The notes under the pieces: model-generated
The model's input: only the letters and a program-made list of their open reading frames with translations
Database searches by the model: none
What the model was told of the DNA's origin: nothing
Source of the DNA: Xanthomonas campestris pv. campestris str. ATCC 33913
GTDB lineage: Bacteria; Pseudomonadota; Gammaproteobacteria; Xanthomonadales; Xanthomonadaceae
Direction: 5' to 3'
Assembly (NCBI RefSeq): GCF_000007145.1
Contig: NC_003902.1
Span: forward strand, 250,325-282,324
DNA: 32,000 nucleotides
In this document: positions 25,176 to 32,000 of the stretch, piece by piece
Numbering within the stretch: the stretch's first letter is position 1
How the letters are laid out: every line of letters begins with the position of its first letter
Program-made: the position numbers and the translations under genes

Positions 25176-26828
25176 ATGACAACTCTCTGCAATATCGCCG
25201 CCTCGCTGCCGCGACTGGCGCGCGAGCGCCCCGATCAGATCGCCATCCGCTGCCCGGGCGGACGCGGTGCCAATGGAATGGCCGCCTACGATGTGACCCT
25301 GAGCTATGCCGAGCTGGATGCGCGCAGCGATGCGATTGCCGCCGGTCTGGCCTTGCACGGCATCGGTCGTGGCGTGCGTGCAGTGGTAATGGTGCGGCCA
25401 TCGCCGGAGTTCTTCCTGCTGATGTTCGCCTTGTTCAAGGCCGGTGCGGTGCCGGTGCTGGTGGATCCGGGCATCGACAAGCGCGCACTCAAGCAATGCC
25501 TGGACGAAGCGCAGCCGCAGGCCTTCATCGGCATTCCGCTCGCACAGCTGGCACGGCGCTTGTTGCGCTGGGCACCGTCGGCCACGCAGATCGTCACCGT
25601 GGGCGGCCGCTATTGCTGGGGTGGGGTGACGCTGGCACGCGTGGAGCGCGATGGCGCCGGTGCCGGCAGCCAGCTGGCCGATACCGCGGCCGATGACGTG
25701 GCGGCGATCCTGTTCACCAGTGGCTCGACTGGCGTGCCCAAGGGCGTGGTGTATCGGCACCGGCATTTTGTCGGGCAGATCGAGCTGCTGCGCAACGCGT
25801 TCGACATGCAGCCGGGCGGCGTGGACCTGCCGACCTTTCCGCCGTTCGCGTTGTTCGATCCCGCGTTGGGCCTGACCTCGGTGATCCCGGACATGGACCC
25901 GACCCGTCCGGCCACCGCCGATCCGCGCAAGCTGCACGATGCGATGACGCGCTTTGGTGTGACGCAGCTGTTCGGCTCGCCGGCATTGATGCGCGTGTTG
26001 GCTGATTACGGCCAGCCATTGCCGAACGTGCGCCTGGCCACCTCGGCCGGCGCACCGGTGCCGCCGGATGTGGTGGCCAAGATCCGCGCGTTGCTGCCGG
26101 CCGATGCGCAGTTCTGGACGCCGTATGGCGCCACCGAATGCCTGCCGGTGGCAGCGATCGAAGGCCGCACCCTGGATGCCACGCGCACGGCCACCGAGGC
26201 CGGTGCCGGCACCTGTGTCGGCCAGGTGGTTGCACCCAACGAGGTGCGCATCATCGCCATCGACGACGCGGCGATTCCCGAGTGGAGCGGCGTGCGCGTG
26301 CTGGCAGCGGGCGAGGTGGGCGAGATCACCGTGGCGGGCCCCACCACTACCGACACCTACTTCAACCGCGATGCGGCCACGCGCAACGCCAAGATCCGCG
26401 AGCGCTGCAGCGACGGCAGCGAGCGCGTCGTGCACCGCATGGGCGACGTTGGCTATTTCGATGCCGAGGGGCGCTTGTGGTTCTGCGGCCGCAAGACCCA
26501 CCGCGTGGAAACCGCCACCGGCCCGCTCTACACCGAACAGGTAGAGCCGATCTTCAACGTGCATCCGCAGGTGCGGCGCACCGCGTTGGTGGGTGTCGGC
26601 ACGCCCGGTCAGCAGCAACCGGTGCTGTGCGTGGAGTTGCAGCCAGGCGTTGCGGCATCGGCCTTTGCCGAAGTGGAAACTGCACTGCGCGCAGTGGGCG
26701 CTGCGCACCCGCACACCGCAGGAATTGCGCGTTTTCTGCGCCATTCCGGCTTTCCGGTGGATATTCGCCACAACGCCAAGATCGGCCGCGAAAAGCTTGC
26801 GATCTGGGCGGCGCAACAACGTGTGTAA
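25176..26828 (+). CDS. oleC: OleC: AMP-dependent synthetase family beta-lactone synthetase
   Basis: It carries the adenylate-forming motif ILFTSGSTGVPKGV plus YGATE and the later GDVGYFD...GR motifs. It lies upstream of oleD. ATG 25176 (MTTLCNIAA) lies inside ORF 25158..26828. Confidence 0.85.
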   Translation: MTTLCNIAASLPRLARERPDQIAIRCPGGRGANGMAAYDVTLSYAELDARSDAIAAGLALHGIGRGVRAVVMVRPSPEFFLLMFALFKAGAVPVLVDPGIDKRALKQCLDEAQPQAFIGIPLAQLARRLLRWAPSATQIVTVGGRYCWGGVTLARVERDGAGAGSQLADTAADDVAAILFTSGSTGVPKGVVYRHRHFVGQIELLRNAFDMQPGGVDLPTFPPFALFDPALGLTSVIPDMDPTRPATADPRKLHDAMTRFGVTQLFGSPALMRVLADYGQPLPNVRLATSAGAPVPPDVVAKIRALLPADAQFWTPYGATECLPVAAIEGRTLDATRTATEAGAGTCVGQVVAPNEVRIIAIDDAAIPEWSGVRVLAAGEVGEITVAGPTTTDTYFNRDAATRNAKIRERCSDGSERVVHRMGDVGYFDAEGRLWFCGRKTHRVETATGPLYTEQVEPIFNVHPQVRRTALVGVGTPGQQQPVLCVELQPGVAASAFAEVETALRAVGAAHPHTAGIARFLRHSGFPVDIRHNAKIGREKLAIWAAQQRV

Positions 26829-26924
26829 GTGCAGGCAGCAGGGCGATGCTGTCAGGCGCAGGCGTATCGCCAGCGCAAGTGTCTGCCGCTGTCGTGTGTT
26901 TCCTTCTGCAATCGGTGTGATGTG

Positions 26925-27935
26925 ATGAAGATTCTGGTAACGGGTGGTGGCGGCTTTCTCGGGCAGGCGCTGTGCCGTGGATTGGTGGCGCGTGGACACG
27001 AGGTGGTGAGCTTTCAGCGTGGTGACTATCCGGTGCTGCACACCTTGGGTGTGGGCCAGATCCGTGGCGATCTGGCTGACCCGCAGGCGGTGCGGCATGC
27101 GCTTGCCGGCATCGATGCGGTGTTCCACAACGCGGCCAAGGCCGGGGCGTGGGGCAGCTACGACAGCTATCACCAGGCCAACGTGGTGGGCACGCAGAAC
27201 GTGCTCGATGCATGCCGTGCCAATGGCGTACCGCGCTTGATCTACACCTCCACGCCCAGCGTGACCCATCGCGCCACCAATCCGGTGGAAGGCTTGGGCG
27301 CGGACGAAGTGCCGTATGGCGAAGACCTGCGCGCGCCGTATGCGGCGACCAAGGCAATTGCCGAACGCGCGGTGCTGGCAGCCAACGATGCACAGCTGGC
27401 CACCGTTGCGTTGCGCCCGCGCTTGATCTGGGGGCCGGGCGACAACCACCTGCTGCCGCGTCTGGCGGCACGTGCGCGCGCCGGGCGGCTGCGGATGGTG
27501 GGCGATGGCAGCAACCTGGTGGACAGCACCTACATCGACAATGCGGCGCAGGCGCACTTCGATGCGTTCGCGCATCTGGCGCCGGGCGCTGCGTGCGCAG
27601 GCAAGGCGTACTTCATCTCCAACGGCGAACCGTTGCCGATGCGCGAGCTACTCAACCGTTTGCTGGCGGCGGTGGATGCACCAGCGGTGACGCGCTCGCT
27701 GTCGTTCAAGACGGCGTACCGCATCGGTGCGGTGTGCGAAACATTGTGGCCACTGTTGCGTCTGCCAGGCGAAGTGCCGCTGACGCGGTTTCTGGTCGAG
27801 CAGCTATGCACGCCGCATTGGTACAGCATGGAACCGGCGCGGCGTGACTTTGGCTATGTGCCGCAGATCAGCATCGAAGAGGGCCTGCAACGGCTGCGAT
27901 CCTCATCTTCCCGCGACATCTCCATCACTCGATAA
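26925..27935 (+). CDS. oleD: OleD: NAD(P)H-dependent 2-alkyl-3-ketoalkanoate reductase (3beta-HSD/extended SDR family)
   Basis: [16 protein letters not shown] Rossmann motif, the catalytic YAATK, and the position after oleC. Confidence 0.85.
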
Positions 27936-27999
27936 AGACTGGCACATCCACAAGATACGCCTGCGCCGATTCGGCACGACAACTTCTGGACACATTGCC

Positions 28000-28158
28000 A
28001 TGCTGCATTACGCCATCATCTTTTTCGTCATCGCCATCATCGCCGCCGTGCTGGGCTTCAGCGGTATCGCCGGTGCGGCGACCAACATCGCCTGGATCCT
28101 GTTCGTGGTGTTCCTGATCCTGGCCGTGATCTCGATGTTCCGTCGCGGCAAGGTCTAG
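28000..28158 (+). CDS. DUF1328/UPF0391 small membrane protein (52 aa)
   Basis: [47 protein letters not shown] is the family-typical two-helix sequence. Confidence 0.75.
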   Translation: MLHYAIIFFVIAIIAAVLGFSGIAGAATNIAWILFVVFLILAVISMFRRGKV

Positions 28159-28200
28159 TCCGCGGCACGTCACGGCAGCGGCGCTGCCGGTTGACGATCA

Positions 28201-28239
28201 CACGGCCCGCTTCCGCAAGGAGGCGGGCCGTGCGCTTTT
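28201..28239 (+). terminator. Rho-independent terminator after the DUF1328 gene
   Basis: CACGGCCCGC-n12-GCGGGCCGTG is a perfect 10-bp stem, followed by CGCTTTTG. Confidence 0.7.
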
Positions 28240-28260
28240 GCGGCACGCAGAATTTGCCAA

Positions 28261-28743
28261 TTACAGCGATCTTTCCAGGTATTGCACGCGTTTTCCGCTT
28301 TCCAACACGGACTCGCCGATCGGCTGAAAGCCCAACTGCCGGTGCAGCGCCAACGAGGGTGGATTGGCAGGCAATAGGTTGACTTCGCAGACCAGGCGCG
28401 CATGGCCTGCGGCGCGTGCGTCACGGATGAGTTCGTCATACAGCTGTGTTGCCAAGCCGCGTCGACGTGCGTGCGCGGCAACCACGATGCGGTCGACATA
28501 GACAAAGCGCGCGAAGCGTGCGGCCATCCAGGCGAAGTTCGCATTGGTGTAGATGGCGTGCTGATCCAGCGCGATGAGTAAGGCGTCGGCCGGATCCACC
28601 ACCCGTGCATGCCAGGACTGCTGCAACAGGCTGGCGAGCGCATCAGGCGTGAGCCACGACAAGGCGCTGGCATCGGCGTTGTTGAGTGCCAACAGTGCTG
28701 CGTGATCGTACGGATGCACTGCACGCAACTGTGCCGCGGTCAC
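28261..28743 (-). CDS. GNAT family N-acetyltransferase (160 aa)
   Basis: [23 protein letters not shown] is a motif-A-like acetyl-CoA-binding segment. The only plausible start, GTG 28743, overlaps the ddlA stop (GTGA). The rest of ORF 28261..29157 is antisense or out of frame relative to ddlA. Confidence 0.65.
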
Positions 28744-29846
28744 GCGTGCGTGACCACGCTGCTGTACAGGCGCCCATCGTCGGCATGCCGCTCCAGTGCC
28801 AGCTCGATCAAGCGCGTAACCAGGCTGCGATAGTCCAGCCCGCTTGCCTCCCACAACTTGGGATACATGCTGATGCGGGTGAAGCCGGGCAAGGTGTTGA
28901 CCTCGTTGATGACGATGCGCCCATCCGCGCACAGGAACACATCCACGCGCGCCATGCCGGCGCAGTCCAGCGCCTGATAGGCCTGTAGTGCGCACTGCTG
29001 GATACGGTGCTGGGTGTGGGCATCGATATCGGCGGGAATCACCGTCGCTGCGCCATCGTCGCGGATGTACTTGGTCTGGTACGAATAGAACGCGTCGTGC
29101 ACCACCACCTCGCCGCACACGCTGGCCTGCGGCGTGGCATTGCCCAGCACCGCGCATTCGATCTCGCGCCCGGCGATCGCCGCTTCCACCAGCACCTTGT
29201 GGTCGTAGCGCAGCGCGAGCTCCAATGCAGCGCTGAACTCCTCAGCGCTGCGGACCTGGCTGACGCCGACCGACGAGCCCTGGTTGGCCGGCTTGACGAA
29301 CAACGGCAGCCCGAATTGGGCAATCAGCGTCTGCACGTCGGCCTGCGCAGCGGTGTGGCGCGTGAAGCATGCGAACGGCGCCACCTCCAGGCCGGCATCG
29401 CGCAGCACCCGCTTGGCCATGTCCTTGTCCATCGCCACGGCCGACCCCAGCACGCCGGAACCGACGAACGGCAGGTTGGCCATGCGCAGCAGCCCCTGCA
29501 GCGAGCCGTCTTCGCCCAGCGTGCCGTGCACGATCGGGAACACCACATCGATCTGCGCCAACGCCTGTTCGGCATCCACCGCGCGCAGCTGCGCACTGGC
29601 GGCACCGGGCAGCACGGCCAGCCCGCGGCCGCTGTGGCGCAGCGCAATGCGGCTGGGGTCGTCGGCATCGAGCAGGAAACTCTCTTGTGCGCTGAGGTGC
29701 CACTGGCCCTGTTTGTCGATGCCGATCAGCACCGGCTCGAACCGCTGCGGGTCCAGCGCCTGCAGGATATTGCGCGCCGATTGCAGCGAGACCTCGTGCT
29801 CGGCCGACTTGCCGCCAAAGATGAGTCCGACCCGAATCCTGCGCAT
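28740..29846 (-). CDS. ddlA: D-alanine--D-alanine ligase (DdlA type, 368 aa)
   Basis: [24 protein letters not shown] ... [16 protein letters not shown] ... [13 protein letters not shown] ... [11 protein letters not shown] is the Ddl signature. The upstream part of the 986-aa track ORF is an artefact. Confidence 0.92.
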
Positions 29847-30018
29847 GCCTGCTCCTGTCATTGCTCCACGGAAGCGGCACAGGATGCCGCCGGCGCGGTG
29901 CCGAACGGAGGCGCCGGGTGCCTGCCCGAGCCGTGGCACATGCACCGGCCCACCGATGCAATGGCCCGGCCCGCGCCCGTCAAGCGGTTGCGACATGCGG
30001 GGACGGTAGAATGCGCCC

Positions 30019-30663
30019 ATGCCCGGATCACTCTTCAACTCACTCAAGCCGCTCGCCGGCCAGGCCCTGCAGGCCGCGCTCAACCGCGCGCTGGCGCTGG
30101 ACCCGGATACCCGCGACGCCCTGCTGCCGCTGGAAGGCCAGCGCATCGCACTGACCCTGGAGGCGCCGGCGCTGGCGCTGCAGATCCGCGTGCACGAGCG
30201 GCGGCTGCTGGTGGGCCCGGTGGATGCCAGCCAGGAGCCGGATCTGGCGGTGCGCAGCAGCCTGGCCGGCTTGCTCGGGCAGCTGCCGTTTCTGGCCAAT
30301 GCCCGCCGCAGCGGGGCGCCGGCCGGCCGGCTCAAGGTCTCCGGCGATGCCGAGCTGGCGCGCCAGCTGCAACAACTGGCCGGGCGTTTCGATCCGGACT
30401 GGCAGCTGCCGTTCGTGGCGGTGTTCGGCGAGATCCTGGGCGTGCAGATCGCCAGCGCCGTGCGCAGCGCCTTGCAGCAGGCCCGCCGCAGCGCCACCGA
30501 CCTGGCGCAGAGCGCAGCCGAATTCGTCACCGAGGAATCGCGCGACGTGGTGCCGCGCGCCGAACTGGAGGCCTTCCACGACGACGTGGATGAGCTGCGC
30601 GACGCTGTCGAACGCCTGGCTGCGCGCATCAATCGCCTGTCTGCGGCCGGAGGCACGCCATGA
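30019..30663 (+). CDS. ubiJ: Ubiquinone biosynthesis accessory factor UbiJ (SCP2 domain)
   Basis: [28 protein letters not shown] ... [15 protein letters not shown] is UbiJ/YigP-like. Its stop overlaps the ubiB start (ATGA at 30660-30663). Confidence 0.75.
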
Positions 30664-32000
30664 AGGCAATCCTGCGGGCAAGCCGCATTGGCCGGGTGAT
30701 CCTGCGGTATCGGCTGGACGCATTGCTGGAAGGCACCCCGGCCGAGCGCTGGTTGCGCCTGGCCAAGCCGTTCGTGCCGCGTGCCAGTGCCGAAATCGCT
30801 GCGCAATCGCGCGGTGCGCGGCTGCGTCTGGCGCTGCAGGAACTGGGCCCGATCTTCGTCAAGTTCGGGCAGATTTTGTCCACCCGCCGCGACCTGATTC
30901 CGCCGGACGTGGCCGAAGAACTCACCTTGCTGCAGGACCGGGTCAAGCCGTTCGACGGCGAGGCCGCGCGCCTGATCGTGGAGCGCGCGCTGGGCCTGCC
31001 GGTGAGCGTGGCGTTTGCCGCCTTCGACACCACGCCGCTGGCCTCGGCCTCGATCGCGCAGGTGCACGCGGCCACCTTGCCGCCCGATGCCAATGGCCTG
31101 CGCCGCGAAGTGGTGGTCAAGGTGCTGCGCCCGGACATCGAGCGCCAGATCGACGCCGACATCGCGCTGCTGCATTCGCTGGCCACGCTGGTCGAGCGCA
31201 CCCATCCGCGCGCCGACAAGATCCGCCCGCGCGAAGTGGTGGCCGAGATCGAAGGCACGTTGTCGGCCGAACTGGATCTGCAGCGCGAAGGCGCCAACGC
31301 CAGTGTATTGCGGCGGTTCTGGGAAGGCTCGGACGATCTGTACGTGCCGGAGGTGATCTGGTCGCACACCGCCGAGCGCGCGCTCACGCTGGAGCGCGTG
31401 TACGGCATCCCGTCCGATGACGTGGCCAAGCTCGACGCCGCCGGCATCGACCGCAAGGCGCTGGCCGCCAAGGGCGTGCGCGTGTTCTACACGCAGGTCT
31501 TCCGCGACAACTTCTTCCACGCCGATGCGCACGCCGGCAACATCTGGGTCGATTCGGACCCGGAGCGGCGCCTCAATCCGCGCTTCATTGCGCTGGATTT
31601 CGGCATCATGGGCCAGCTCTCGCAAGAAGATCAGTACTACCTGGCCGAGAACTTCATGGCGATCTTCCACAAGGATTACCGCCGCATGGCCGAGCTGCAC
31701 GTGGAGGCGGGCTGGATGCCGTCCAACGTGCGTATCGACGAGCTGGAAGCGGCCGCGCGTTCGGTGTGCGAGCCGTACTTCACCCGGCCGTTGTCGGAGA
31801 TCTCGCTGGCCGAGGTATTGATCAAGTTGTTCCGCGTGGCGCAGCGCTATGAATTGACGCTGCAGCCGCAGCTGATCCTGCTGCAGAAGACGCTGCTCAA
31901 CATCGAAGGCGTGGGCCGCCAGCTCGATCCCAAACTCGACATCTGGGCCGTGGCGCGGCCGGTGCTCGAACGCATCCTGCGCGAGCGTTACAGCCCGCGC
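30660..32000 (+). CDS. ubiB: UbiB (ABC1/ADCK-family ubiquinone biosynthesis kinase-like protein), 3' end outside the window
   Basis: My own translation from ATG 30660 gives [23 protein letters not shown]...[37 protein letters not shown]. The frame stays open to position 32000, so the ORF is missing from the track because it has no stop in the window. Confidence 0.9.

Noticed and set aside
24921-27575. An 884-aa ORF antisense to oleC and oleD
   Set aside because: The plus strand encodes proteins with AMP-binding and Rossmann/YxxxK motifs. The antisense translation is Arg/Ala/His-rich with no domain features.
29847-31700. The upstream two-thirds of the 986-aa minus-strand ORF (28740..31700), which contains ddlA
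   Set aside because: Ddl homology begins at [12 protein letters not shown] (ATG 29846). The remainder is antisense to ubiJ and ubiB, which carry recognisable signatures on the plus strand.
1-32000. CRISPR arrays, tRNA/rRNA genes and IS elements
   Set aside because: No regularly spaced short repeats with unique spacers were found. The intergenic regions contain no cloverleaf-like or rRNA-like sequence and no transposase ORF. The only tandem repeat has a 207-bp period without spacers.

Overview
This is a high-GC chromosomal segment; sampled 60-nt lines are about 70% GC. It looks like Xanthomonas (family Xanthomonadaceae), based on an Ax21/Omp1X-type outer-membrane protein carrying the AENLSYNFVEGDYVRTP peptide, an oleABCD olefin cluster, and REP-like GTAGGAGCGCGC palindromes. 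Most of the window is core housekeeping. In order it holds a VOC/glyoxalase gene plus an unknown partner, a thiolase, hemD-hemX-hemY, a GT25 glycosyltransferase, a YiiD_C-type thioesterase, rhodanese-secB-gpsA, ax21, poxB, trmL, oleA, oleB, a ykgJ-like gene, oleC, oleD, a DUF1328 gene, GNAT-ddlA, and ubiJ-ubiB (truncated at the window end). The stand-out is a ~5.35-kb compositionally foreign cassette at ~18.05-23.41 kb, inserted exactly between oleA and oleB. It is a tightly packed three-gene operon. The first gene encodes a class-II (auto-inhibited) Fic protein with a C-terminal winged-helix domain. The second encodes a beta-class DPPY N6/N4 DNA methyltransferase (Type III Mod-like). The third encodes an 833-aa DEAH helicase with a C-terminal PD-(D/E)xK nuclease (Type III Res-like). 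The cassette has no integrase or transposase. The short motif ATGAC occurs at both edges, and the last codons of res overlap the oleB start (ATGA). The core of mod is strikingly AT-rich (about 33-37% GC in two hand-counted lines). Other oddities are a 207-bp tandem repeat built from REP palindromes at the left edge, a secreted protein with three VQVRP repeats, fused remnants of two genes downstream of poxB, and -10-like hexamers 6 nt upstream of two start codons. I saw no tRNA, rRNA, CRISPR array or IS element. Many long ORFs in the supplied track are high-GC artefacts lying antisense or out of frame to real genes.
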